NCBI GenBank assembly: GCA_965243135.1
Contig: OZ251539.1
Location: 2,304,001-2,368,000 of the forward strand
Source: Alphaproteobacteria bacterium
Lineage (GTDB): Bacteria > Pseudomonadota > Alphaproteobacteria > MPNO01 > UBA830
Direction: 5' to 3'
Length of the DNA: 64,000 nt
The notes under the pieces were generated by a model, which saw nothing but the letters and a program-made list of their open reading frames with translations, did not search any database and was not told the origin of the DNA. Positions 30,201-40,599 of the stretch are shown one piece after another. A program made the position numbers and the translations under genes. The first letter of the stretch is position 1. Each line of letters begins with the position of its first letter.

Positions 30201-31389
30201 ACCGCCTGGTCGGGGACGGTGTGACGGACGACATGGAGGCTGTCGAAACCGCGGCGAAGCAGGCGGAGATCGGCGCCCGTGCCGTTGCCAAGCGGTTCAA
30301 CCGTTCCGACCACGTTGGACCTTCAATCGCATGCGCGTCGTGTGGAGGAGAGGCCCACTACATGGGCCGGCGACCGAAAACCTTCACAACGGCGTTGGGC
30401 GAAGTTCGACCGGGCTTACTACCGCTGCAACGCTTACAACACCGGGATCTGCCCGCGGGACCGGGCGCTCGGGATGAACAAAACCTCGCTTTCCCCCGCT
30501 GCCACGCGCATGGTCGGGTTCGCGGCCTCGCAGCTTCACAATGGCCAGTGGCATAATGAAGGAGTTGGCAGGGCTGAAGATCGACCCCAAGATGGTCGAA
30601 CGTGCCGCCGAGGCTCTCGGCACCGAGATTGCAGAGGATGAACGCCAGAGGGTCGAGGTCGAACCGCCGTCCGGACCGACCATGTATGTCGGCAAGGACG
30701 GTACCGGGGTGCCGGCTCGCCCGCGAGAAGGCCGTCCAGGCAAGCAACCGGACGGTTCTTCCAAGACCCGCGAGGCCAAACTCGTCACCGTGTGGACGGC
30801 CGAAAAACAAAGCGAAGGGACGCCCGCGCAGGGTTCGGCTCCGTCGGCATCGAGAGCGCCGCAACCACCGACAAGGAACTGTCGCCTTTCGCTCAACGGG
30901 TCGAGCGCGAAGCGCGCCGTCGCGGCTTCTACGACGCCGAGCGACGCGTGGTCCTGGGAGATGGAGCGCTCTGGGAACATCGCCGACGAACTGTTCCCCG
31001 ACGCCACCCAGATCATTGACCTGTTCCATGCGAAACAACATCTGTGGAGCAGGGCGAAGGAAATCTACGGTGACGGAGATCTTGCGAAGGCATGGGCGAA
31101 AAAGCAGTGCGACGCCCTTGAAGACGGTCAGGTCGACAAGGTCATCGCGGCTCTCCGCCAGCACGGCGCTGCAAGCTACCTGGAACGGAACCGCACGCGC
31201 ATGCAGTATGCAAAGTTCCGTGCGCAGGGTTTGTGCGTATCCTCCGGCGTCGTCGAGGCCGGTTGCAAAAGAACGGTCGGCAACCGTCTGAAACGGGGGC
31301 GGTGGACCGTTCGGGGCGCGGACGCCGCACTCCGGTGCTGCATGCTCAGCGGGCGCTTCGAGGATTTCTGGGAACGGCGGGCGGCATAA
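30160..31389 (+). pseudogene. ISKra4-family transposase, multiply frameshifted
   Basis: DGTGVP, GKQPDGSSKTREAKL, VLGDGA.W, QIIDLFHAKQHLW, SGVVEAGCK..RLKR..WTVRGA. Confidence 0.82.
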
Positions 31390-31592
31390 CAAATTTGACG
31401 TACACCCCCTGTCGAGCGTTCGCGCCATGCCGTCCTTGTCGGCTTGCCGCCCGCTCGGAATTCCACGGTTCGTTACGCCCGCCTGCCGGACGGTCCGCAA
31501 GGCTACCGAACGCCCTCGCCGAGACCGAGGCAAGCAGAAACGCCGTCTGGCCCCGCGAGCTGAGCGGCAGCAACCGACGGCAGGGCCGATGG

Positions 31593-32031
31593 TCACCGTG
31601 AACCCAGCGCCAAATCCGCAACCCAAAATTCTCCGCAACGATGGACAGCCCGCGACCGAAAGGACCGCCGTCTCGCCTCGTCGCGCCGTACATCGCCGAA
31701 GACAACCCGGTCAGAGACGCGGTCCAAGCACTTCTCGGCAGACTCCAGGCACACATGGTGCATCCTGCGGCCGGCAAGCTGCGCTGCGAGACGGATCACG
31801 GACCCACCAGCGAGAGTGCTTTCCACCACCACGTTCTCGCCCCCGGCGGCGCGACGCTCACGAATCGCCGCGCGACCTGCCCGGCGAGCGGCCGCGCCTG
31901 GATTACCGGGCGAAACGCGCTGTCTCGTTCGGGTCAACGACGCGCAAGCCGCTGAAACGGCCGGACCGCGATAATGAAGATTTGCCGGAACCGTTCGGAC
32001 CGGCTACGATGTAAAGCGTCGGTTCCGTCAA
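31593..32031 (-). pseudogene. Zeta-toxin-like / predicted P-loop ATPase remnant
   Basis: From TTG 32031: LTEPTLYIVAGPNGSGKSS..VVDPNE (Walker A); a second frame gives VVESTLAG...CLESAEKCLDRVSDRV. Confidence 0.7.
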
Positions 32032-32792
32032 GGCATGTCGGACTTGGGAGGTTCAATTCTCCGGCTTTAGTCCGGGCAACGTAAGCGCCGTCCTTGCGAC
32101 GCCCCTAAAGCGTTCCCCCCACCTCGATCTGCGCTGCGAGATCGGCCCGTTCGCGCCATGCCTCCGAGTGGGCGACGGTATTTTCCTTTGCGTCAGCGCA
32201 TTTTACCAGCCTCCGGAAGATACGACGATAACGGTGCGGTTTTACAAACGGTCATAATTCGGAGCCCGCTCGCCCCGTATCATGTAACTTTGGGGGTGGT
32301 TCTCCCGGCCTCGCGCCGCTCGCCGACATAACCGTTTCGCGTTCGGGCGTCGCGGCGCGAAGACAGGGCTGTACGGGGCAGCCCTCAGCGTCGCGCTCCT
32401 CTCGAACGGCAAGCGCCGCCGCGAAAAAATCTCGCGGAACGGTTTCGTGTGGCCGGTAGATCGGGGTTAGTTACACAACAACAAGGACAAGCCTCGACAG
32501 GGGCACCCTTTCAACGCCGCGCACGCACGGGGGCGACGGCTTGGGCACCGTCAGACGGGCCGCCACAGTCGGCCGTCCGCGCGAGGTTGCCGCAGGGGCG
32601 GAACGCCCGGCCGCTCAACCCGCTCCCGAAAACGGCGAGAAACCGTCCGACAGAGCGGCATCCCCGAAGCCCCCGCCGATCTTCTCCAACCCGATGATTT
32701 CGAGAACGTTGCGATCGGGATCGTGAAAATAACACTGCTTTCCATGGAACACGCCTTCGCGGCGTTCCTCTTCGAAGATGATCTCGATGCCG

Positions 32793-34441
32793 CAGAAATT
32801 CCCGCTAAGGTGGCCGCCCTTTGCGAAAGGCGCGTCGAGATAGCGTCGTTACCGAGGGACCAGCCGCCGCGACGCACCTTCCCCGCTTCGGCTTGGTGCC
32901 GACTTAGCCTTGACCATCCTGTTTCCCCTGAAAAACTTGCTTTAGCACATTCGGTCACGGTGCCAGGTCAGGAGGTGTCGTAGGGAATTCCCTCTGCTTT
33001 CCGGTATCCAAACGCGATCATTCGGTAGAGTGTTTCCCAGTCCTTCAAGAAGTATTCGAGAAACAATCCCCGCGCCTTTTCCCAGAAGTAAATGGGCCGC
33101 TTGGCCTTCGTTTGCGCCTGTTGGAACAGTTTGCAACATCGCTGTTGAATCTGGTCAATCAGGAACGCCAGCATCATCAGGAACGCAAAGACCGTCGACA
33201 GATTCTTGTTACCGTGACCGAAGTTGTGCTCAAAGCAGTAGCCTTGGTTCTTCAGGGTGTTGAAAGTTTCGTTCTCGATCTTCCAGCGCGCCCGCCCGGT
33301 GCGCATCAACTCCATCAGGTTCCCTTCGTCAATTGGCAGATCCGTGACCCAGGAGAAACGTTGTTTCTTGCCGTTTGGGAGCTTCTCCCAGTATTCGAGA
33401 AAGTTCACTTTGAGGTCGAAGTGCGTATCGTTCAGAGGCACTCCGTTAAGATACCGGAATTCGTGCCGTATGTTGTCACCGTCCGTGAACTCCCGGCGCT
33501 CCACGGACGGCGCGTTGTTGACCCACTCGAACAGGAACTTGTGGTCGCCGGGCTTCGCCCCCAGTATGAAACGCATGTCTAACTCCTTGAGAAGATTGGC
33601 ATGCGGTCCGTTCGAGGCCAGCCCATCTTCCAACACAACCAGCTTCAGGTGCGGGTGTTCGCGACGCACATCTTTCAGAAGCCGTTTCGCTGCGTTGCGT
33701 TCGCAATCGTTCTTTTTTGCGCCGTCTTCCTTCAGGATCGGTTCCGGTGCAAACGGAAAAACCTCCTTTTGTTCCGGATGCACCAGAACGGCTCCCAACA
33801 TCTGGTGGTAGTAGGTAATCGTACCGTCGCGGTGGTGTTTCTCGCAGCAATTTTTACAGTGCACCTTGTCCGACGAGAAGTATCCCGTTCCATCGATCGA
33901 AAGAGCGTAATGCCCGTTCAGACAAGTGTATTCTTCCAATCCCTTGCCTCGTTGCAAAACCTGGAACATCTTCGTGAAACAACGCCGCAATTGCCGCGGA
34001 CAGACTTCGTCAAGCCGTTCGCGCATCGCAGTGTCCGACGGCACGCGCTTGACGCCGTATAAGGTCGCGAGGTTGTGCCGAACCACTTCGTCGGCGTGCG
34101 CGGCCTCGTCGAATTGCAGAAGCGACGCATACTTCATACCGAACACCGCTAGACCCGACATCAGACAGTCCGTCTGGTTCAGCCCCCTGCTCGCGATCGG
34201 ATCTTCGATACGGTCGAAACAAGCTCGCACTTCCTTCAGCAATCCCGGAGCGCTGAGCGTCTTGCGCATGCCTGGCATTCTGGCCATTTTGGTTACAATC
34301 CCGCCTCGCCTTCGGACCACTTTCCAGAGAAAAATGCTCCGCTCGAAGGCAAATAGCCCCGAATCACCTCGAAAAGTCCACGAAAGACTTTTTTCCGGCC
34401 CCATATTTTTCAAGGGTTTCGAGCCTTAGCGGGAATTGCTG
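32793..34441 (-). mobile_element. IS element (ISNCY/IS4-clan DDE)
   Basis: 18-bp TIR, 17/18 match (CAGAAATTCCCGCTAAGG / CCTTAGCGGGAATTGCTG); 9-bp TSD TCGATGCCG at 32784-32792 and 34442-34450. Confidence 0.93.
32968..34287 (-). CDS. DDE transposase
   Basis: LSIDGTG, EDGLASN, GRARWKIENETFNTLKNQGY..EHNFGHG; lower GC than the flanks. Confidence 0.88.
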   Translation of the reverse strand: MARMPGMRKTLSAPGLLKEVRACFDRIEDPIASRGLNQTDCLMSGLAVFGMKYASLLQFDEAAHADEVVRHNLATLYGVKRVPSDTAMRERLDEVCPRQLRRCFTKMFQVLQRGKGLEEYTCLNGHYALSIDGTGYFSSDKVHCKNCCEKHHRDGTITYYHQMLGAVLVHPEQKEVFPFAPEPILKEDGAKKNDCERNAAKRLLKDVRREHPHLKLVVLEDGLASNGPHANLLKELDMRFILGAKPGDHKFLFEWVNNAPSVERREFTDGDNIRHEFRYLNGVPLNDTHFDLKVNFLEYWEKLPNGKKQRFSWVTDLPIDEGNLMELMRTGRARWKIENETFNTLKNQGYCFEHNFGHGNKNLSTVFAFLMMLAFLIDQIQQRCCKLFQQAQTKAKRPIYFWEKARGLFLEYFLKDWETLYRMIAFGYRKAEGIPYDTS

Positions 34442-34913
34442 TCGATGCCGCCTGCGAGCAAATGCCGCTTCGCGTCCTCGTACGCGTCGACGTCGACCCG
34501 AAAGGCGTGATGCACGCGGAACTCCTCGCCGGGGTTCGGATCGATCAGCGTCTTGCTTCTGGTGAGAATTACGAAATCGTCGCCGGCCCGCATGAAGACC
34601 ATGCCGACCGACGGCACCTTTTCCACGGTCTCCAGGCCGAGAACGTCGCGATAGAACGCTTCGCTCTTGTCGATATCGGTCACGGAAATGGTGAAATGGA
34701 CAACGCCTCTCGTTTCAATCATCCGCTTGCTCCGCACGTTCCGCCAACATGCCCGAAACTCGAACCGCGCATTGCAAATGCCGCTGTCGGCCCAACTCCG
34801 AGGCCCATGCGCTGCGCCGTTTTCGTGTCGACCGACCGCCCGGCCGACAGCCTTTCGCGGAGGCGACCCCGCTTGCCGAAACGCGCGGACGGGACCTCGT
34901 CCGGCTCCCGGCT

Positions 34914-36458
34914 TCAGACGGTCTCGAACTCGAACCCGACGATGTTGCGCTCCTCCCGGCCGAACTCGATCCCGATCAGGTGAACCGGCACGTCCGGACG
35001 CCGGTGCTTGTCCGCGTAGCCGCGCTCCCGAATCTGCGCCAGAGCCCGGCCTTCCGGCTTCCCGTCCACGATCTTGAACTCGAACAGATAGACATTGCCG
35101 TTGTACAGAACCACCAGGTCCGAGCGGCCGCGCGCCGTGCTCTCCTCCGCGCGGACGTCCATCCCCGCCGCCACGAAGTGCGAGTAGAGCACGCTCGCGT
35201 AGTGCGCCTCGTAGCCCGCCAGGCCCGTGTTCGCGTACCACTCGTTCGGAATGCTCGCCAGCAACGCCCGGAACTGCCGCTCAAGGCCCGCGAAGTCGTT
35301 CGCCCGCATCAGGCGGCGCAACTCCTGGCTCTCCGCCGCGACCGCGACGTCCGGCGCCATCGTCTGCAGCAGAAGCTCGTTCAGGCTGCGCCTCACCTCC
35401 TGGTTCGGGTAGTCCAGCCGGTAGAGGAGCGCGTCGTCGTCCCGCTTCTCGTCGACGATGGTCAGATAACCGGTCTGGAACAAAAGCGTCTCGACGGGAA
35501 TGCGGTCGACGTCGAGGGCCGATAGCAGCGTGGCGTTCGCGATCGCACCCTCCAAGGCCGGCGCCGAGACCCGGCGACGCGCCAGAAGGTCGGCGAGGAA
35601 GGTCGGCGTGCCGGTCTGGAACCAGTGCTCCTCGAACTCGCGCGTTTCGAAGAGCAGGAGAATGTCGAACGGGTTGTAGACCCTCTCCGGACCGCGCCAG
35701 TTGTAGCCGTTGTACCAGCGGCGGATCTTGTCCCGGTCCAGGCCCTCGATCTCCGGGGCGAAGACCGCGTCCAGCTCGTCGTCCGTGTAGCCGCAGATGG
35801 CGCCGAAACGCGGATCGAGGGTGATGTCGCGCAGGTTGTTCAGGCCCGAGAAAATGCCCGCCCGCGAGAATCTGCTCACCCCCGTCAGGAAAACGAAACG
35901 GAGCTGCCTGTCGCAGTCCTTGATCATCGCGTAGAAGCCGCGCAGGAAGTTCCGGTTGGCCAGCGCCAGTTCCCGGTCGCCGAGCGCGTCCAGCATCGGC
36001 TTGTCGTATTCGTCCACCAGAACGACCGCCCGCCGCCCGGTGCGCTCGTGCAGCGTTCTTATCAGGCGCCGGAAACGGACCGACGCCTCGGCGGCACCCG
36101 GTTCGAGGCCGGCCAGCCGCTCCGCCTCCTCCAGCTGGTCTTCCACGTTTCTCCGAACGAAGTCCGGGGTGTCGAAATTGCCGCCGCCGAAGCTGATCCG
36201 CACGACCGGACAACGCGTCGACCAGTCCCACTTGCCGTGTATGGCGAGGCCCCGGAACAGCTCCTCGCTTCCCTCGAACAACTCCTGCAGCGTGTCCACC
36301 AGCAGGGTCTTGCCGAACCGCCGCGGACGCGACAGGAAATAGTACCTGCCTCTCTCGACGAGGCGGCGCACATGGTCCGTCTTGTCGACGTAGTAGCAGT
36401 CCAGCTCCCGGATCGTCCGGAGGGAGGACATGCCGGTCGGAAGCATGCGTCTCGTCAT
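34914..36458 (-). CDS. AAA-ATPase-like + PD-(D/E)XK nuclease (PDDEXK_9) protein, intact (copy 2)
   Basis: YYVDKT, FLSRPRRFGKT, VLVDEYDKP, FLTGVSRF, LLFQTGYLTI, YPNQEV, GRSDL..LFEFK..ALAQIRERGYA. Confidence 0.92.
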   Translation of the reverse strand: MTRRMLPTGMSSLRTIRELDCYYVDKTDHVRRLVERGRYYFLSRPRRFGKTLLVDTLQELFEGSEELFRGLAIHGKWDWSTRCPVVRISFGGGNFDTPDFVRRNVEDQLEEAERLAGLEPGAAEASVRFRRLIRTLHERTGRRAVVLVDEYDKPMLDALGDRELALANRNFLRGFYAMIKDCDRQLRFVFLTGVSRFSRAGIFSGLNNLRDITLDPRFGAICGYTDDELDAVFAPEIEGLDRDKIRRWYNGYNWRGPERVYNPFDILLLFETREFEEHWFQTGTPTFLADLLARRRVSAPALEGAIANATLLSALDVDRIPVETLLFQTGYLTIVDEKRDDDALLYRLDYPNQEVRRSLNELLLQTMAPDVAVAAESQELRRLMRANDFAGLERQFRALLASIPNEWYANTGLAGYEAHYASVLYSHFVAAGMDVRAEESTARGRSDLVVLYNGNVYLFEFKIVDGKPEGRALAQIRERGYADKHRRPDVPVHLIGIEFGREERNIVGFEFETV

Positions 36459-36464
36459 CCGAAG

Positions 36465-36493
36465 ACGGTAGGCCGCCATGCCGGAGCCGTCAA
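36465..36493 (-). promoter_or_regulatory. Putative leaderless sigma70 promoter of copy 2
   Basis: TTGACG-N17-TACCGT-N6-ATG. Confidence 0.6.
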
Positions 36494-36646
36494 GGAGAAG
36501 GCTCTTCGAGGCGTTTGCGCCGTTCCGCTTTGTCGGCTGCCATCCGTTCGGCGCCCCGCGGATCGCCGGCCGCCCACGAAATCCGGCGGCGAACGCAGCA
36601 CAAGCGTTCACCCGTCGCGGCGCTTCAGAAGCTCGCTATTCCGAGC

Positions 36647-37375
36647 CTACCATCGCTCGACCGACGGGCGAAGATCCAGTTCGAAACTCCATGCATCGCG
36701 AGGCTGGATATGGAGCGCCCAGTAGGCTTCGGCGATGTGGTCCGCCTTCAGCATGCCGCCCGGCGGAAGCGCAGCCGCCCGTTCCGGCATTCGGGCGCGC
36801 ACCGCCTTCGAATCGATCATTCCGTCCACGACGACATGGGCCACGTGCACCCCTCGCGGTCCGAGTTCTCGCGCCATGGACTGGGCGAGCGCCCTGAGCG
36901 CATGCTTGGCCCCGGCAAAGGAAGCGAAGCCCGCGCCCCCGCGAACGCTTGCCGTCGCGCCCGTGAACAGGATCGTCCCCCTGCCCCGCGAAACCATGCG
37001 GCGCGCCGCTTCGCGTCCCGTCAGAAACCCTGCGAACGCCGCGCTTTCCCAGACCTGACGATAGATGCGGGCCGTCATGTCGAGGATTCCGCAGCGATGC
37101 TGCGCGCCGGCGTTGAACACGCAAACTTCGACCGGGCCGATCTCCTCTTCGACGCAAGCGAACAGGCTTGCGACCGCCTCTTCGTCACGCGCGTCGCAGG
37201 GGATTCCCTTTGCGCGGCCCCCTTCGGCCTCAATCGCCATCACCAGATCGTCAAGCGGTTCGGTCTTTCGCCGCGACGGCACCGCCACCATGCCCGCCCG
37301 CGCGAAGCGACGCGCGATCGCGCCTCCCAGCGCGTCCCCGGCTCCGACGACAACCGCGGCACCTTCGGCCATCAA
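36647..37375 (-). CDS. Short-chain dehydrogenase/reductase
   Basis: VVGAGDALG, FNAG, FTGATAS, FAGAK, HVAHVVVDG. Confidence 0.9.
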   Translation of the reverse strand: MMAEGAAVVVGAGDALGGAIARRFARAGMVAVPSRRKTEPLDDLVMAIEAEGGRAKGIPCDARDEEAVASLFACVEEEIGPVEVCVFNAGAQHRCGILDMTARIYRQVWESAAFAGFLTGREAARRMVSRGRGTILFTGATASVRGGAGFASFAGAKHALRALAQSMARELGPRGVHVAHVVVDGMIDSKAVRARMPERAAALPPGGMLKADHIAEAYWALHIQPRDAWSFELDLRPSVERW

Positions 37376-37849
37376 TTAGAAAGGGATGACGATGGGCCCC
37401 ATGGGCGCATCGCAGTTGAGCAAATCGACCCGCTTGCGGACGATCTCGAACCCGTCGTCCACCGACCTCAGATCGTGAACGTATTCGCCGGCGAATACCC
37501 GTTGGGTATCGTCCCTGAACTCGACCAGCGTAAAGTTGGACCGAACCGTTACAAGATCCGCACTTTCGGCCATCATGTTTCCGATTACGCGCCGCGTCCG
37601 CGCCGGCGGCTGATCCGAATAATTGGCGGGGTGACGCAGCCGGCGGACGCGCACCTCAAGAAGCTGCCGACCTTCGTAGGCGATCGACGCCTCGCCGACG
37701 GGGTCGGTCTGACCCGGCGCCGCCGCGATCCAGTAAATTCCGTCCTCGGCGAACAACGCCAGCCATTCCTCGAAACGCCTTTCGTCGAGCATGCGGGCCT
37801 CCCGGTACAGAAACTCCTCGACGGTTCGAAGAAACTGGAGGCGCATCAA
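37376..37849 (-). CDS. Aromatic ring-hydroxylating dioxygenase beta-subunit family protein
   Basis: EEFLYREARMLDERRFEEWLALF..YWI, RTRRVIGN, RKRVDLLNCD. Confidence 0.88.
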   Translation of the reverse strand: MMRLQFLRTVEEFLYREARMLDERRFEEWLALFAEDGIYWIAAAPGQTDPVGEASIAYEGRQLLEVRVRRLRHPANYSDQPPARTRRVIGNMMAESADLVTVRSNFTLVEFRDDTQRVFAGEYVHDLRSVDDGFEIVRKRVDLLNCDAPMGPIVIPF

Positions 37850-38532
37850 CCGTTCCGGAGCGCCGCCAAGGCCTCGTCGGCGGTCATGACATCGCCGAAT
37901 TGCTGGATCACGTTCTCAAGCGCGGAGCGATGCTCCTCGTCGGAAAGCGCCGCGGCGCAATCCTCGACCAGCACGACCGCATAGTCGAGCATCATGGCGT
38001 CGCGGCAAGTGCTTTCGCAACAGATGTTGGTCTTGGTGCCGCCGACCATGACGTTTTCGATGCGGTGGCTCGAGAGCACGCTCTGAAGCACGGAAGATCC
38101 CGGGGTAAGCGGCGAGTAGCGATTCTTCCGGACGCGCAGGTCGCCGTCGCCGACAAAAAGCTCCGGCCAAATTCGTTCGCCGTGCCCGTCCGGCGTCAGC
38201 GCTTCCAGAGTCCGGTCCCTCATGTCCGCGGCCACGAAATTGCGGATGAAGGTTTCCCAGTCGCTTTTCCCGTTCGCGCGGGCGATCGCACTGGTGATCC
38301 ATACGATCAGTCCGCCGAGTTCGCGCAGCGTCGACGCCAGTCGATTCACGTTGGAACAGATCCCCCGCGCCGCCGGCACCTCGGCAGGAGCGCCCGGCTC
38401 GCAAAACATATTCTGCATGTCCACGACGACGAACGCGGTCCGAGCCGGATCGAGGGATTCGAACAGGCGGCGGCGCCCGCGCCGCGCCAGCACCCGGTCG
38501 ACGATTTCGCTGCGCACCGTCGCCTGATGCAC
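37846..38532 (-). CDS. Isochorismatase-family cysteine hydrolase
   Basis: TAFVVVDMQN, KNRYS, GTKTNICCESTCRDA. Confidence 0.9.
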   Translation of the reverse strand: MHQATVRSEIVDRVLARRGRRRLFESLDPARTAFVVVDMQNMFCEPGAPAEVPAARGICSNVNRLASTLRELGGLIVWITSAIARANGKSDWETFIRNFVAADMRDRTLEALTPDGHGERIWPELFVGDGDLRVRKNRYSPLTPGSSVLQSVLSSHRIENVMVGGTKTNICCESTCRDAMMLDYAVVLVEDCAAALSDEEHRSALENVIQQFGDVMTADEALAALRNG

Positions 38533-38539
38533 GGCGCGT

Positions 38540-39445
38540 CTACTCCGCAGCCTGCGCCACCTGCGCAGCCGGATGGAGCACGATATCGTAGTCGATTTCG
38601 TTGAAAGGGGCCGTAATTCCCAGTTCTTCGGCTTCCTTTCCGGAATCGTTCAGACGCCAGTCGAGCACCAACGAATCCTTGACGCCGAACACGGCGTCGT
38701 TGTCGAGGTAGCGATCGTTCTCGACGAAGAACTCGGTCGTGAGAGTTTGATATCCCGGAGCCGTCACGCGAACGTGCAGATGGGCGGGACGCCATACATT
38801 GCGTTTCGCGCGCTCCATCATCGCCGCGGCGGGACCGTCGAGCGGTATCGTGTAAGGAAGCGGTTTGGTCGTGGTGAAGGAGAACCGGCCGTCTTCTCCC
38901 GTGACCATCCGGCACCGCAGATTGTATCCCCTTTCGGGTTCCTGCACGTCGTAGAGCCCGTTGGGGCCGTTCTGCCAGAAATCGAGCACTGCGCCGGCGA
39001 CCGGAGCGCCTCCCGACCGTCTGACGACGCCGTGGACATATGCGGGATCGCCGTCCTTGTTGCGTTCGCCGATCAGATCTCCGCCAACTTCCACCTGAGG
39101 CACCTCGCCAAGCTCCCCCGCCCGTTCGATGTAGAACGGGCCAAGCACGGAGTTCTCGGTAGCGCCTTCCGGCCGCCGGTTGTTGATCGTGTCGACCAGC
39201 GAGGAGACGCCGAGCACGTCGGAGGTCAGGACGAATTCGCTGCGCTCGGGCGACGAGATTTCGGCGCATTCGTGAAGATACGCGATTCCGGCCTCCCACT
39301 CCTTTTGCGTGAGTTGCACCTCGCGGACGAACGCATGGAGATGCCGAATCATGGAGCTCATTATTTCCTTGAAACGCGGGTCAGGATTCTCCGACCATGC
39401 GTCGAGAACGACATCGGTCGTGTTTTCTTCGGTCAGGTTGCGCAT
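38540..39445 (-). CDS. Intradiol dioxygenase, hydroxyquinol 1,2-dioxygenase-like
   Basis: RHLHAFVREV, SDVLGVS, TENSVLGPFY, GLYDVQ, YTIPLDGP, WRPAHLH, DAVFGVK. Confidence 0.9.
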   Translation of the reverse strand: MRNLTEENTTDVVLDAWSENPDPRFKEIMSSMIRHLHAFVREVQLTQKEWEAGIAYLHECAEISSPERSEFVLTSDVLGVSSLVDTINNRRPEGATENSVLGPFYIERAGELGEVPQVEVGGDLIGERNKDGDPAYVHGVVRRSGGAPVAGAVLDFWQNGPNGLYDVQEPERGYNLRCRMVTGEDGRFSFTTTKPLPYTIPLDGPAAAMMERAKRNVWRPAHLHVRVTAPGYQTLTTEFFVENDRYLDNDAVFGVKDSLVLDWRLNDSGKEAEELGITAPFNEIDYDIVLHPAAQVAQAAE

Positions 39446-40131
39446 GGGTGCCTCCGAATTTGGCCATTCGCAAAGGATAAGCCCGCGCTTCGCCCATGGC
39501 AACGCCTGGACGTGGCGCTGCTGCTGGTGCCGGAGGCGGCGCGCTACGGGTTCCAAGTTGGCCTCGGCGTTTCTGCGCCTCTCCGCCGGACTCTTGAACC
39601 AGGAAAAAGTCGGCCGTCGGGCAAGCTCGGCCGAGCGATGGCCCCCGACAGTTTCCGGGGCGCGTGGACATCGGCGGCGGCGACGACGGAACGCAAGCGC
39701 GAGCCTGAAATTCTTGCGACTCGACCGCCCCAGCCGGTCGCCGCGAAAGCAGCCCGGCGAAGCCGGAGCGAGCAGGCAGCCCCCTCGCCGTCCCGAAGAC
39801 GCCACCGAACGCGAAAATCCGTCCCGAAAACCGCTGCTTGAAGACGGGGAAAGCTCTCGTGGGTTCAAGAACCACGGGCGCTCGCGACGCCGACCAGCAT
39901 CTCAAGCGCCGAACCGACCCACAGGTTTCCGCATCTTCCGCGCCGAGATTTTGTCCGCAGCGCAGGCGGCCACGCCGGCGACATGCGTCGAAAGCGCCGT
40001 CCACCACTGGCCGCGCGGCTGGCGACCTCTCTCTCGCGCAAAGGCGCCGTCGCGGACGAGGTCTCCGCGCAACGACCGAAGCGGTCGGTCGCATTTCCCG
40101 CGCCCGAAAGCGCCAGCCGCGCGGCGCTCCG

Positions 40132-40599
40132 TCATGAGGACTTCGAGAAACTCCAGTTCTCGTTGATCACCGTGCCGGATCCGCGAATGACTTTGGCGAT
40201 CGGGCAAAACTTCTGCAGGTCCGCTTTGACCTTGTCGAACTCGGCCTCGTCATGGGGCGTGGCGACGGCGATGTTCAGAACGATCTCCGGAAACGGAACG
40301 CCCACCTCCTCCTTCATCATGACGCCTCGGCGGTCGAAACGGGCCGCGGCGTCGATCTCCATCGAATCGATATGGATGCCGTAACCCTCCGAAATGCGGT
40401 TCGTAATGACGTTGGTGCAGCCGATCAGCGCCGCAACCAGCGTCTCGGTGGGCGTGAAACCGAGATTGCTGCCGCCGCGGTCTACCGGCTCGTCAATGAC
40501 GCCTTCGAGGTCGCGAACGCTGATGTCGCTGCGCGCATGGGTCGGACAGGTCGCCGACATCTTCATCGTAACCTCGTTCTTCTGCATTGCTTGGGTCAT
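40132..40599 (-). CDS. OsmC family protein
   Basis: DEPVDRGGSNLGFTPTE..LIGC...FCPIA. Confidence 0.85.
   Translation of the reverse strand: MTQAMQKNEVTMKMSATCPTHARSDISVRDLEGVIDEPVDRGGSNLGFTPTETLVAALIGCTNVITNRISEGYGIHIDSMEIDAAARFDRRGVMMKEEVGVPFPEIVLNIAVATPHDEAEFDKVKADLQKFCPIAKVIRGSGTVINENWSFSKSS

Larger units (their letters stand above)
29726..31408 (+). mobile_element. ISKra4-like element, decayed
   Basis: TIR GGGGTGTACGTCAA (29726-29739) / TTGACGTACACCCC (31395-31408); TSD (C)CTGTCGA (7-8 bp) on both sides. Confidence 0.85.
32615..34722 (-). pseudogene. VOC/glyoxalase family protein split by an IS
   Basis: MIETRGVVHFTISVTDIDKSEAFYRDVLG..HHAF..LLAGGI | EIIFEEERREGVFHGKQCYFHDPDRNVLEII; in frame after IS removal. 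Confidence 0.88.

Noticed and set aside
32046-32062. GGGAGGTTCAATTCTCC resembling a tRNA T-arm
   Set aside because: No acceptor, D or anticodon stems around it.
34426-35241. 271-aa ORF as a novel fusion protein
   Set aside because: Off-frame AAA tail plus the true VOC N-terminus (start 34722), cut by the IS.
39450-40130. Long N-terminal extension of the dioxygenase, or an IS remnant
   Set aside because: A good RBS precedes ATG 39445; no TIR/TSD or convincing transposase motif.
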